Source: Tubulanus polymorphus (taxonomy: Eukaryota; Animalia; Nemertea). Taken from it: a DNA stretch of 64,000 nt. Both the position numbers and the translations under genes were made by a program. The stretch spans positions 21,944,345 through 22,008,344 of the forward strand of contig NC_134028.1 in the NCBI RefSeq assembly GCF_964204645.1, written 5' to 3'. Under the pieces are notes generated by a model that was given only the letters and a program-made list of their open reading frames with translations, had not been told where the DNA came from and did not search any database. Within the stretch, counting starts at the first letter, position 1. The number at the start of each line of letters is the position of its first letter. Shown here piece after piece: positions 1 through 11,794 of the stretch.

Positions 1-704
1 GTAACATAATGTTTTCCCTCTGCAAGTTCCTGACGTTTTCTGGGTGCTAACGTTCAGTGGCTATTTCATAGATATCCATGCATATAAACTTGAACTGAAC
101 TGAATGGGAACTGAGTTCGGTTAGGAGTAAAAACCTCCTTATCAACTCCTATTTCTGAATTGTATATAAAGGAGTGAAGAAAGAAACAAACCCTCATACC
201 GAATACACTTTTACGTATAAATGAGAATAATGCTCACTAGGACAATGGCTAATTTGCGACCGTAAATGAAAGAAATACGACTCGAATATTTTTATTTTTA
301 TCATGCGTGACACGCGAATCTCCTATTAACACTAGTAATGAGAGAAGAATCCACACGAATGAAATGTATCAGCTTCATAATGATCTTTAATCCTTGACCA
401 TTCTTAATTAACACAAAACACTTAGTATAAATGATTTGTAGCGATTACCATAGAATTTCCATTTAAAGAATGCATTTATCAAATTACGTCCATTGACTCT
501 GAAAATGAACCTTTAAACCCGTAAATTAGCTAAACTCGTGCCGTATTAAGCTATTTAGATTTATCGCAGTCTTGTGAAAATTTGTAAGCAGTCCTTATAT
601 TCCCTGTATAATCAAAACTTAATTTCTATGTTATGCACGTGTTTTAATTACGATTTCCCCTCTACATGTTTATCGAGAAGGGCCTGATTACAATCTGATT
701 ACAA

Positions 705-878
705 TTGATTATCAACAAGCTAGAAATTGATGAAATAGTAAACAAATTCTCTGGAAATAAAGGTATTGGCATTGACGGGATCTCTATGAAAATAGTTAAA
801 AGAATAATTGATGTTATTAAATATCCACTTACTCATATATTCAACAATAGCCTTCATTCTGGAGTGGTCCCTGCTGAA
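705..878 (+). mobile_element. Non-LTR retrotransposon (CR1/L2-like) ORF2 fragment, N-terminal RT region
   Basis: EIDEIVNKFSGNKGIGIDGISMKIVK...PLTHIFNNSLHSGVVP matches the conserved 'K(A/S)xGxDGI...PLxxIFNxSLxxGxxP' block preceding LINE RT domains. It ends abruptly at a palindromic element. Confidence 0.8.
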
Positions 879-1081
879 CGCGCGTTCCTTGAGTGTCACC
901 AATTAAGAGGACCGCTATTGTGAAAATTGACCTTGGGAGGAATATTCCTCCCAAAGTCAATTCTTTGAATATCGAACCCCTCGGTCAAGTTTCCATCGAT
1001 TGACTTTGGGAGGAATATTCCTCCCAAGGTCAATTTTCACAATAGCGGTCCTCTTAATTGGTGACACTCAAGGAACGCGCG
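879..1081. repeat. Perfect inverted repeat (83-bp arms, 37-bp spacer), MITE/foldback-like
   Basis: 879-961 is the reverse complement of 999-1081. Each arm holds its own near-palindrome TTGACCTTGGGAGGAATATTCCTCCCAAAGTCAA. Confidence 0.9.
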
Positions 1082-1733
1082 GCTCAGATTTCTATTGTGC
1101 GCCTATCGCGCGCTGCGCATGAATCACTTACGTAATCTTTTCTGTAAATGTGAAGACCTCGGGGGCATTATGTTCTCTAAAGCCAAATATTATCCCAAAT
1201 TCCGGACTGTTAATAGGTTGATTTCACGGCAGAGTCGACATGTTTCAACAATTTTTAACTGTTCATTTATGAATATTTGAGGACTTATGAACTAAAAATT
1301 AGTTAAATTTTTGATACATTTTGAGAAAGTCACAAAACATTTGAGACTGCGTTGATAATGATAATCAATGTAAGATGATATTTCATTGTTTTTAAACTGC
1401 AAATCGTACAAGGACATCGTCAGAATTTCAGTTGCTTTTCAAACGGCGTGACAAAACATTTCTGAAATAACTGTAGACGAATGTTCAAAGAATGATATTG
1501 ATATAGAATCGATGAAAATGCATTAAATGACCGAATTCAATCAACTGACTCGTACCCCTAGAATAAGTATTTTGTCTCTACACTTATTATTCTTTATTAA
1601 ACGTTTGTTAACCGTATTTAATGGATGTAATTACTATACTAGAGTTAAATAAAGCAATAAAGTGCAATAAAATTTCGAATCTATATTTTTTTAAAACATA
1701 ATAGCTGTTGAAAATTTTAGTGAAATCAATTAT

Positions 1734-1860
1734 GGGGGGATTTTTACCTAGGGGGGGATTTTTAGCGGGGGGATTATTACCTAGGGGGGATATTTACCGG
1801 GGGGATTTTTACCGGGGGGATATTTACCGGGGGGATTTTTACTGGGGGGATTTTTACCTG
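1734..1860 (+). repeat. G-rich minisatellite (GGGGGGATTTTTACC)n, ~8 units
   Basis: Directly visible. Reverse-complement units (GTAAAAATCCCC) occur at ~2048-2090 and degenerate units at ~2607-2750. Confidence 0.85.
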
Positions 1861-3688
1861 TTACCTTAAAACAATTAAAATCGGTATCAATGAGTTCAGA
1901 AATGTGATGAACTTACATTTCATTTCATTGCATATAATGAATATATCAAGAACTATCATGCAAGTGGTCAATGAATAAACTTACAAGTGATGAACTTAAA
2001 CTTAATAAAATAACTAAGTCAATAATTCAAAACATCCAAGTAAGCGAGTAAAAATCCCCTAGGTAAAAATCCCCTCGGTAAAAATCCCCAATTCTTCAAA
2101 GTAGGTAATCCCCTCCCTTTGAAGGGATTATAAGTAGATACAATCTTAAGGTCAATTAATTCGTATAATTGATACGTATATCCAATTTATTCATATTTTA
2201 CTGTCGAACAACATAACGTTTCTTTGATACTTAATTAGTACATATACATGTAGTTATTGCACAGCTTAGTAAAGGGGTTCATCGCACATTTCAAATATAT
2301 AACACTAGCTTGAATCTAGAATATTTAATATCAAAAGTACGTTATTTCTAATAATTCATGGCATCGCACAGCTGAAATATACCGCAAGTTAACAAGAGTC
2401 CGCAGTTCAAAAATATTCCGGTTCGAATCTAAGATATTACAAATAAAAGTTTATTACTCTTATTAATTCTTACAATTTATTCTATCCGTAAGAATTTATC
2501 ACAACGAAAGATTTCATTTAAAAGTTCAAACATATTTCAGTCTCATTGAAAATTCGAGAAACATCGTGCTTTAAAACGTTCTTGACAATCACCAAGTATG
2601 AATATTTGGGGGATTTTTACCCAGGGTATGTTTACCATGTTTACCTAGGGTTTAGATTTTTTAGATTTCTACATAGGAAATCTTTACCAGGGGATCTTTT
2701 TTGAACGGATGAAGGTATTTTGAAGGAGATATTCTTGGGGATTTTTAATTGTCATATCTAGCTACGGTAGATACTTTTTTCATTGATTATTCGCTACAAC
2801 GATACTTATTACATATCACACAAATCCGCGTATACGCTAGAATCCATACTGTTAGCAAAAATCACTAAGAATCGCAGTTTGCTCATTTTGTAATACTTTG
2901 AAATCGTCCAATTTTATTGCAGCGATTCCCCGATATGTCACGAGTAAAGAAACAGATATCACGTTTAAACGTAGATTTTTCTTTTATTTTGAAATCCATA
3001 GAGCAAACATTGGAACCTAATGTTATTGAACATAAAGCTCCCGACCCGTCCTGCATTTATACATCGAGAAATCCAACTCGACTATAATAGGCTTTTTATC
3101 ATGGTGTAATATAGCTTGTGCATCAGGACGTCACTGAGTCATTACGTTAATTGTGAGGTGTTTATACATAATAGTTACATGGGGAATTCATATGGTGGGA
3201 TCATAATCGGGAAAGATCTGCCTTAAAACACTTTATCGCCTAAGGGAGTTTGAGCTCTCTATAAAATTCCCTCAAAAATAATTCAAAATCGCCCTATCCA
3301 ATATCTAAAGGCCATTCAAAGCAATATATTTTGTCAATTCTTTTTGAATTTATTCATGATTAATAACATATTCTTAATAGTAATGATTTTATTATTAGGA
3401 ATCTGATCTAATATATTCCTAGTTGTAAAACGTGGCTGTCGGATTTACGAGCAATTATCTCATTAATGAGATGATCGCTCGTAGGTCGGATGGATGGACG
3501 TATTGGTGTGTACCGGTTTACAGTGTCTTTAATCAAAGATTCCGTTTGATAATCTCTTTTTTCTAATTTATCCAAAGTAACAATGCATTTACCGACCGGA
3601 TTCCCTCATATTGACCCAGTTGTAGGCTTAGTATTGGGGGCTCATATTGGACGAATTCCAATTCTAGATGATTCCAATGTTTAGAGCA

Positions 3689-3836
3689 TGTGAATAGAAT
3701 ACCGATCAGTTATATTTGAACAGCTATACAGGATATGAGATAAATTTTATCATATCTCGTCCATAGTCGAAGACTTATTTGACAGTAAAAAAATATCTAC
3801 TCATTACTGGTGCAATCCGTGATCTGCGCAGTCGAC
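3689..3836 (+). repeat. Dispersed ~150-bp repeat, second copy at 10279-10425
   Basis: TGTGAATAGAA.ACCGATC...TATTTGAACAGCTA.ACAGGATATGAGATA...TTATCATATCTCGTCC...CAGTCGAC is shared by both loci. Confidence 0.8.
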
Positions 3837-4329
3837 TAGAGTACATTCGGTAACAATAAAGAATTTCGGAAGCCATTTGTAAAAAAGCCATCCAAGGAAA
3901 AGGAGATGTTTTGAAGCTGATCGGAAATAAGAAGAAATTAATATGTGAAACCTCGATCATTTGAATAACACACTGACCGAATTGTCGTATCGGAGGAGGG
4001 CTAATATCCCGTAGCCGGAAGTGCCTCGTTTCTGCTAATGGTAGAGTAATATTTCGTGATGGACAACAGGAAACAACGACTATTCGGCACCCAGAACGAC
4101 AACTCAAAAATAGAAAACAATCTACAGATTGAAAGATAGATAGAAATCCTATCAACCCTAAATATAGAATCCAGCGTCCCATCGACAGACACTTTTTTAA
4201 ATTCAATTCAATTCAATTCAATTACAATTCATTTCACAAGAAAGCATGTTATCTTTGATCTTACACCGCGTTCGAAGCCCCTTTTGTTTTAAAGTCCATG
4301 GTACAACTATTGAACATGTTTGGGTACTA

Positions 4330-4507
4330 CAGTGGAATCCTCGTTACAACGAACTTCACGGGACCCGAAAATATATTCGTTACAACCGATAGTTCGTTAT
4401 ATCCAGTGTGAAATTGATTAAATTTCCTTACTTGGGACGAAATTCTGTAATTAGCTATATATCCGAAGAATCGTCGCATCAGAGTTCGTCGTAACGAGGT
4501 TCCACTG
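4330..4507. mobile_element. Tc1/mariner-pogo-type MITE
   Basis: TIRs CAGTGGAATCCTCGTTACAACGAAC ... GTTCGTCGTAACGAGGTTCCACTG, preceded by TA. CAGT termini are typical of pogo/Tigger elements. Confidence 0.75.
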
Positions 4508-5367
4508 AACTCCAACATTATCCGCGAAGGACTCGGAAGACCTGAACTACAAAAGTGGCTTCTCGTTTATTGTATCGGATAAAAAACTGAATGGAAGCTC
4601 ATTTGGTTTGGATAATGGTTTATGTTTACGGTAATGATACATGTAGAAAATAAGGAAGAAAAAATTCATCATTTCCCATGTGAAAAATACTAAAAAAATC
4701 AGAAAAATGATCAGGGTTTTTTTCTGTTCCCTTCCTAATCTGAATGGATGCGATGGTAATCATTTGAAAAAATGGCCTTTCGGCGTTACATTTCTCCTGA
4801 AAAAATCTGCACCTCCGAATAAATGACAAAGTTGTCACGCGCGCGTGTCAGGCACGAGTAATTACATTCTAGACGTGTTTCGTTTTTTTTGCCGTCACCG
4901 GCAACGGAAAAAATTGGGTAATTGAGTTATTAGCTTTTTATTTAAGACAGGAGTTCTTAGTTTCTCTTTCACAAACGCGTCAAGAGACAGTCACAATATG
5001 AACTGAAGATCACCGGGAAATAATCGACAACATACAACTGAAATGACACGTTCAAATCGTCTACGATTTCTCCTGATTTTTACCTGTCTATGTAAGTAAA
5101 TCGTTATCTACGATGATAAAAATTTTCAAAGAGAAAGATTTGAGAATTTTTCAAGATTTTTTCGATTCAAACAGATTTTCGAGTTAAAAGATGAAGCCTA
5201 ATGTTCTATTTTCTTTCGCCGTGTAAAAGTTGAAGACTTTGTGAAAGATATTTAGGAAATGAAAAAAAAATCTTTAAGTTAAAAGGATTAGATTTCTGGA
5301 TTCAAAAAATTAAGCCTATTAATTCGATTTCATTCTAAGTAGATTGTATGATAATTATGGTGAACTT

Positions 5368-5418
5368 ACCGGGAATCGAACCCATATAAGGTACGCTGAC
5401 GAGACCAACTGAGCAATT
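5368..5418 (-). mobile_element. tRNA-derived SINE head remnant
   Basis: Minus strand reads TTGCTCAGTTGG (A-box-like) ... GGGTTCGATTCCCGG (B-box). It is too short or deleted to form a cloverleaf. Confidence 0.35.
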
Positions 5419-5959
5419 GTTAGTACACGTTTTAATTTCGTATTTCCTTCTTAAAAAATTAAATTCCTTACTAAAAATATCTATTATTCACATTGTGAGA
5501 TTGATAGGTTGAGATAAATGCTTTATTTCTTAACTTAAGTTTAAAATGTAATAGCGGATTACAATGTTGTAGTAATTAATCATTTTTAATGTTCAAAAAG
5601 CTCTGATAAAATAGAGGGAATATCGGTCAAATATTTGAGTTGATGTAAATTCGGAATTAACTATTTTTCTACATGTTTTAAGAGGTGGTTTTCACCGGAT
5701 AATTACCGAGTTTTCCAAAAACTGTGAGGTGATAACCCACAATATAATGGAATACTTGAATGGGAATTTGACGTCGAAAGTTTGAGAATCCTTTGTTCCT
5801 TCACCCAATAAAATACACGTTTAGTATGTAATACGTCATAGAGACAAATTCGTGAAAAAAAAATCGGAATAAACCAAAGTATTACAAGAATTGCCGGAAT
5901 AAACATTTTATCAGTCATTTTCAGCACAATTTAGGTGTAGCCTTAGTGAGTTTTGCTTT

Positions 5960-6140
5960 CGATTGGATTTTTCTTATGGATTTGTTAAAAAGATTTGATA
6001 CTTTGATCACCGTATTCCCCTAGGTGAACTAAATTGCTATGGCATCAAAGGCATAGGAATAAAGTGGTTTCAAAAATATTTTATATGGCCATAAACAAAT
6101 AGTCCATATGGAAGATATCAACTCAACTTGTCAGGTGTTG
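5960..6140 (+). mobile_element. Decayed LINE reverse-transcriptase fragment
   Basis: Frameshifted translation resembles G.F.DL.K.FDT.DH.I.LG.L.CYGIKG..IKWF..Y...KQIV (RT 'DLSKAFDTVDH...YGIRG...WF' block). Confidence 0.65.
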
Positions 6141-6189
6141 TGTCCGTTTCGACGTTAGAATATATTTATTTCATATTTCAGGTAGGGAA

Positions 6190-8670
6190 ATGCTCGGAAA
6201 AGGAACTCCCATCGGTCCATTTATCAAGTTGCGCATTGATTTGTATGATCAGCCAACGATAGAAGTTGATCAGGATGGAATTGGTGTCGCAGTGTGTCAG
6301 AGAAATGACCTTTCGTGCACTCGAAACAGCTGCGAATGCTCCGTTTTAGGTAATTGCTGCGACCATAAATCCGTCAAGTGCGCGACGTCTAGCTCGATGA
6401 GAAACGCCATAGAAAATCACCTTCCTAGCATCGGGTGCACCGAGGTACCGATGAAGAATAGCTATCCGGATACTTTCTTTGCAATCAACCGATGTCCCGA
6501 TGATTACACCGAAGATATGGCCATTAAGATGAAATGCGAATCTTTGCCTTCAAACCTACTGACAGAAATGCCTGTGTACAAAGATAACTGGTTACCGTAT
6601 AAAAACATGTACTGCGCCATGTGTCACGGTTTGAACATCAGTGAATTTCAACACGCCTTTGTAAACCTTCGATGTGCTGGTGATAATATCGTGCTCAAGG
6701 AGGTCGTTGAGAATCTGAAACAGGCAGCGAATGATCCAGAAAAGCGTCTACCCCCACAATGCCGATACACTTACATGAAGCCGCCATTAACACAAGTGTT
6801 ACTGCATATCTGCTCTACAAAATTTCCTTTCCAAGATAGTGCCTGTCCACGGACAACGAATAATTCAATTCTAAGAACTAGGTGTAAACAGATATATAAT
6901 CCAATATCGGCTATAATTAACGGTCAGTTGAGATATTTTCGCAACTCGTACTGTTTGAGATGTCAGTTTCCCGATTTGGCACAGAACGCGTTGGTGTGTA
7001 TAGCTGAACAGTCCGAACAAAGAATTTATGGTCTGAATATTCTACTCGATTTCAACCTCGTGAACGGTCTCACATTCCGTCTTGCTGGTACGGCGCGGAT
7101 TTCACTGTTTCCAATTGAAGATCTCGCGTGTTCTAAAACTACTGAAATATTCGACAAGGAAACATACGCTTGTCGAAATGAGGGCTGTTTGCTTGGATAC
7201 CTCAGACGCGGTGACACGTGTCGCCTAGAATTAAATGATTGGCCAAAGGTAAGATTTCGCATACGCGTTAAGTTAATCATCGGTTTTACCGAGATTCAAC
7301 GTGTACTCATGGCGAAAGTAAAATACGACGTAGCATTATGGTATCGCCCGAGTTGTAATCCTGCTATAGATCGGATGAAAATAAAAGAAATCGGCAAAAT
7401 GACGACCATCTCTAATAATTCATACACGAGACAGCTTGAAATTTTAGACGAGTTCGACGCTTCCGGGGTTAAGAGAACTCTCGTGGAGATGAAGCGAATC
7501 GTTAGCAAGTACGAGTCTATACTGTATTGTTTATTTGGACGCGACGGAAGTGACGTAACCATTACTGAGTACGAATTTGTGATGACCAGTGAAATGGAAA
7601 ATACAATCTGCACCGGAGTAACTGAATTAACGACTGAGATGAATAAAGAAAAAGATGAAGAAAAAGATGAATTCACCGAGGATGGCAGTTTTTTATACTA
7701 CAACATATATCAGTTGATATTCAATGGCCAAAACAAGTCGATGAAATACGGAACTTGTTCATCGAAAAAGACGGACTGTATTAGAACTCATGTCCCTGGA
7801 CGGGGTATGGTTTGTCGGACGTCGAATATAAGAATCGATGACTTTGACCTGTTTACTGATCGAGATTTTCTCATTACGTTCGTGTGCAGCTGTCTGTCGA
7901 TTATTTGTCTCGTAGTCACTGTCGTTATTTATTTCATTTTCCCGACTCTTCTGACTTTCCCCGGGAAACTCATCGTAAACTTCTGTGTAAGTCTCGCAAT
8001 AGCTCAAACGCTGCATATATCCACATTTGGTTTGAGTAACAGGTTATTGTGCGTCGGTATGGCTGCCTTAAAACACTATATTTGGTTGGTCGTTTTCGTG
8101 TCAATGGCGGCTATAGCGATTCACATGGTGCGCACATTTTCAAGCATTGATAAATTATCCAACTCTCGAAAGGTTTTAGGTTTATATTTGTCAACGGTGT
8201 GGATTTTTCCTGTCATAATCGTCGGACCCTGTATTTTCCTCCATTCAACTCACGTGACCACCTTTTCCGCGATGATATACGGAAGCCCACGCACCTGTTG
8301 GTTCAAACATAACGCTTTCCTGCTGTTCGCTTTCGTTTTACCGATCGGAATTCTCGATTTAGTCGGTTTTATTTCGTTTCTAGTTACAGCTCATCGAATT
8401 CGTCGATCAACGTTCAAAACTTCAGGTGCGAAAGACAAAAGGAATACGACACTTGTTTTCTATCGGATGGCATTGGTGACAGGAGTGACTTGGATCATAG
8501 GATTCATTGCATCGTTTGTCAATAACGATTTTCTCTGGTACTTCTTCAATGTGCTCAATTCTTCTCAAGGATTTCTCATATTTTTGTCTTTCATCGCTAA
8601 CAAAAGAATCTTAGCTTTTTTCAAGTATGAATTCAAAATCGGGGAATGCTGTTCGAGTATTTCTGAGTAG
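6190..8670 (+). CDS. Class B2/adhesion-like (Methuselah/latrophilin-like) 7TM receptor with Cys-rich ectodomain; one large exon, N-terminus probably on an upstream exon
   Basis: 826-aa ORF with an SMB-like CECxxLGNCCDH, two YxNxYC..C repeats, and a 7TM2-type C-terminus (PGKLIVNFCVSL, HYIWL, CWF, GVTWIIGF, LNSSQGFLIF). Acceptor TTTCAG at 6176-6181; no signal peptide in the ORF. Confidence 0.85.
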   Translation: MLGKGTPIGPFIKLRIDLYDQPTIEVDQDGIGVAVCQRNDLSCTRNSCECSVLGNCCDHKSVKCATSSSMRNAIENHLPSIGCTEVPMKNSYPDTFFAINRCPDDYTEDMAIKMKCESLPSNLLTEMPVYKDNWLPYKNMYCAMCHGLNISEFQHAFVNLRCAGDNIVLKEVVENLKQAANDPEKRLPPQCRYTYMKPPLTQVLLHICSTKFPFQDSACPRTTNNSILRTRCKQIYNPISAIINGQLRYFRNSYCLRCQFPDLAQNALVCIAEQSEQRIYGLNILLDFNLVNGLTFRLAGTARISLFPIEDLACSKTTEIFDKETYACRNEGCLLGYLRRGDTCRLELNDWPKVRFRIRVKLIIGFTEIQRVLMAKVKYDVALWYRPSCNPAIDRMKIKEIGKMTTISNNSYTRQLEILDEFDASGVKRTLVEMKRIVSKYESILYCLFGRDGSDVTITEYEFVMTSEMENTICTGVTELTTEMNKEKDEEKDEFTEDGSFLYYNIYQLIFNGQNKSMKYGTCSSKKTDCIRTHVPGRGMVCRTSNIRIDDFDLFTDRDFLITFVCSCLSIICLVVTVVIYFIFPTLLTFPGKLIVNFCVSLAIAQTLHISTFGLSNRLLCVGMAALKHYIWLVVFVSMAAIAIHMVRTFSSIDKLSNSRKVLGLYLSTVWIFPVIIVGPCIFLHSTHVTTFSAMIYGSPRTCWFKHNAFLLFAFVLPIGILDLVGFISFLVTAHRIRRSTFKTSGAKDKRNTTLVFYRMALVTGVTWIIGFIASFVNNDFLWYFFNVLNSSQGFLIFLSFIANKRILAFFKYEFKIGECCSSISE

Positions 8671-10074
8671 AATGAAAACTTCAGACTCCACGCAACATTT
8701 TCTGGTTACGTATTTGCAAACAGATGGTTGTTGGGTTTATCATGATTGCTTTCTTGTTCGAAGCTTCATCAGCGGTATAGTCCCATTCCTTGGTTGAGCG
8801 AAGAAAATCATCACGCCCGTAGACAGGTTGTTTAGAAGGTGTCTAGCCACTTTCTTAGTCACAACCGTGGGACTGGATCCTGGACTGTTAGATTGTTATT
8901 TTTTCGGGATATTATCGAAACTATTTCTTCTGCACCGGAACGGTGATTGTAAACGGTAAAGAGGGTTTAACGCGGCAGAATATTCGATAGTTAAATCGTG
9001 ATTTAAATGAATATAATATATAGATTGATATAAGGATATCTATTTGAAAATATTTGATTTAATTTCGATGCAACTTGAAATATTTCCTTGAAACAATTCT
9101 AATCTAATAAATAGAATGTTATATATGACAATATATAATATCCCATATCAGTGTTGCGTTTGTTTGATTCGTTGTCGGTTTCCCGGTTAGAGCGAATTTG
9201 CTTTAGGCGTATCCTACCCGTGAGTTACATCCGGGACAGTTTCAGTTAGGAACCGAACGATCCTTTCAGAATTAAACATACGTGACTGACGACACTTGAG
9301 AAGGCATCTAAACGACATAATTCATCATTTCCGATAACGGAGATGCCAATGAGGAGGGGGATAGAAGTACGTAGCTCATTTGGCCTAGAACATGTTCCCA
9401 TTCTGTGTTGTTTTAAAAAAATCTCTGAATAAATGAATTGATAGTTTGTATATTTATTCATTTATATGACATACACATATAATCAGATTAACATATAACA
9501 TACAGATTGGTGCCCATCCCGAATGGGCTTACAAGTCACAGTTGTATTTACAATTATATACATAAGCTACAAGTCATAAGAAATGTGTAAGAGAGTTAGA
9601 AAATAACATAGATCAAACACAGTCATGGCCAAATATATACGAAAAACGGAAGGAAATAAAAATCAGCTACGATAGGCAGATAGTACACGAGAAAAAAGGG
9701 GGAAAGTTCTAAGATTTTTTCATTCAAGCACAAGCACATTCAATCCTTTTTGTCCAGGCTGATGAGATATAGTGTGAAAATTCAATTTGAAGGTTTTTCA
9801 TGATACATATAAATTAGGAATCGGGTGATTTTAATTCGAAGTCTTCTAATCTATTTTTTGCTGTAGTATGTAAGATAGATCGAAATTCATTATAGTTGGG
9901 GCAAATCTATGTATATGTATAACATTTCTATACGTAATGCATTTATAGTGTATCTACTAAATGAAATAAACATTTTTTTCCGGAAAATATATATCAGTGT
10001 GCCTCGTGCACCTTGCTATAACCCCATTGCCTCAATTGCCATCGTCTCAATATTCGGTTGTGTTTACTGAAATT

Positions 10075-10244
10075 TTAACGTTCGCGGCCATTTTTACGCG
10101 TAAATAAACGATTCGCTGTAGCTCTGAAATTAGGATTCACGATATAATATAGAATGAAATTAACGCCGAATTTATAACAGTCGTTATGTTATTAATCGTA
10201 TTGGTTGTTTCTATGATTAGTCCGACTATAGGAATTCGCTATTT
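10075..10244 (-). pseudogene. Truncated duplicate of the 3' end (TM7/C-tail) of the GPCR at 12012-13004
   Basis: Near-identical to ~12012-12182 including the ...RKNGRER-stop. It has a 1-nt deletion (AACGCCG vs AACGCACG) and no upstream coding sequence. Confidence 0.85.
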
Positions 10245-10467
10245 TAGAGAGGAGAATGATAAATAGAAATTAGTAGCTTGTGAATAGAACACCGATCCGG
10301 TGTATTTGAACAGCTACACAGGATATGAGATATGAAATAAATCTTATCATATCTCGTCCCGATTCGATCACGTATTTAACAGTAAAAAAAATCTGATCAT
10401 CGTAACTGAGATGTGCACAGTCGACATAATAAAGATCCGGTTAAATTGACAGCGATCACAGTTAAAA

Positions 10468-11271
10468 ATGTTAGTCAAGGTAAGTAGTGTGTCTATTCAT
10501 GCATGAATTCATTCGCCCTTAAATGTTTTTCAGCGTAAACTACAAGTTAGAAAGTGACGATGACTCAACTTTCATTTAAACATACGAATTCACGTACATT
10601 AGAAGTACAGCAGCATTAGATATATTATACATTCTATATATTATATACGTTAATGCAGAAATATAAAGCTGGAAAGACCAGTTACTTTCAATTTCTGATA
10701 TTTCTCGTGGATCAAGTTCTGTTCAAAATAATCTGCGTAAAATGAATGAACTAACGTTTAAACCTTTTCAGTGCGTCTACACCGCAGTGCGGTATATAAA
10801 TCAGTGATAGATTTTGCTAGTACACCGCACTGTGGGTGTATTGATGTAATTAGTAATTAGAAATTATCTCTCTTGAAAAATGGCAACACCTGTCAAACAT
10901 AGTGAAATATTAGTAACTAACTATATACCGCGCTGCGGTGTAGACGCACTATAGTGGTATTCCCGTTATTCAACACACTAGGGTGGAATTTTTTAAAATT
11001 TTCAAATTATCTCCAGCACTATAAGATATTTTTTAGTCAGCACTGAAAGGGTAAACGTTTCATCCGGCGAATTGAAACATTAAGACGCTTTCTATTCCAG
11101 TGTCTGTTGATTCTTGTTCTGGTATCGATCGTTCCTGTCGCTATTGGTAGCGATTGCTCAGATTGTGGTTGGAACTGCAAGAGACTGTGTCAACACCAAA
11201 GTGGCCATGCCTGCTATAATAGATGTAAAAGCAAATATTGCAGTACATGGTGTGATGACAATAAAAATTAA
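10468..11271 (+). CDS. Two-exon secreted Cys-rich peptide precursor (60 aa): MLVKCLLILVLVSIVPVAIG-SDCSDCGWNCKRLCQHQSGHACYNRCKSKYCSTWCDDNKN
   Basis: Exon 1 10468-10479 (AAAATG TTA GTC AAG|GTAAGT). Phase-0 intron 10480-11100 ends TTTCTATTCCAG. Exon 2 11101-11271 is open to TAA. Hydrophobic signal ending A-I-G, then 8 Cys in 40 aa. Not in the ORF track. Confidence 0.8.
10762..11051. mobile_element. piggyBac-like MITE inside the intron of the Cys-rich peptide gene
   Basis: TTAA|ACCTTTTCAGTGC ... GCACTGAAAGGG|TAAA ends, with an internal inverted repeat AGTGCGTCTACACCGCAG.GCGGTATATA / TATATACCGCGCTGCGGTGTAGACGCACT. Confidence 0.65.
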
Positions 11272-11794
11272 AATCAGCAAAAGTGAATCGCGGATCAAGA
11301 TCCAGATCCGCAGCCGATAACTCAAGTATTTCAGTTTTCAATTTGTAGTTGGTTTTTATTACTCTCCGCGCGCGGTTCGGTGTTTACTCGATTGTGTACC
11401 AAATTTTCACGTATTGATCAAATGTGGTAGATCATATAAGCGAAACGAACATTCATTAAGATCAGTAATCATCTCGCAGTTATAGATTTTATAATGGACC
11501 TTATCGTAAACATGACAATTGCTATTGTTATTACTATCATTCTGACCATTCGGCAGGAACACCTTTTGCCGAACGGCCCATTTTCCTATTTCGAAGAATT
11601 AGGGATATTTGTCGCTAGCCTACGCGACTTGCTGAAGTAACTTTAATTAGTCAATTCTGCAGTGATTAAACCTTATTGGTAAGTCCTTGTGTTTAGGTAA
11701 TGTATAACAGCGGGTGTCAGGCGTCTGGACACCACCACCGCCATCACGAAAGCTCATGCCAGCTCCTGAAAGGTCACTCTAAATAAGTGGGTTT

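Noticed and set aside
7026-8016. Antisense ORFs within the large receptor genes (also 12139-12423, 17286-17531, 27057-27470, 52259-54545)
   Set aside because: Shadow ORFs on the opposite strand or alternate frames of well-supported genes.
11114-11341. ORF-track ORFs 11114-11320 (+) and 11141-11341 (-)
   Set aside because: Alternative frames over the Cys-rich exon. The spliced frame starting at 11101 has far better signal-peptide and splice support.
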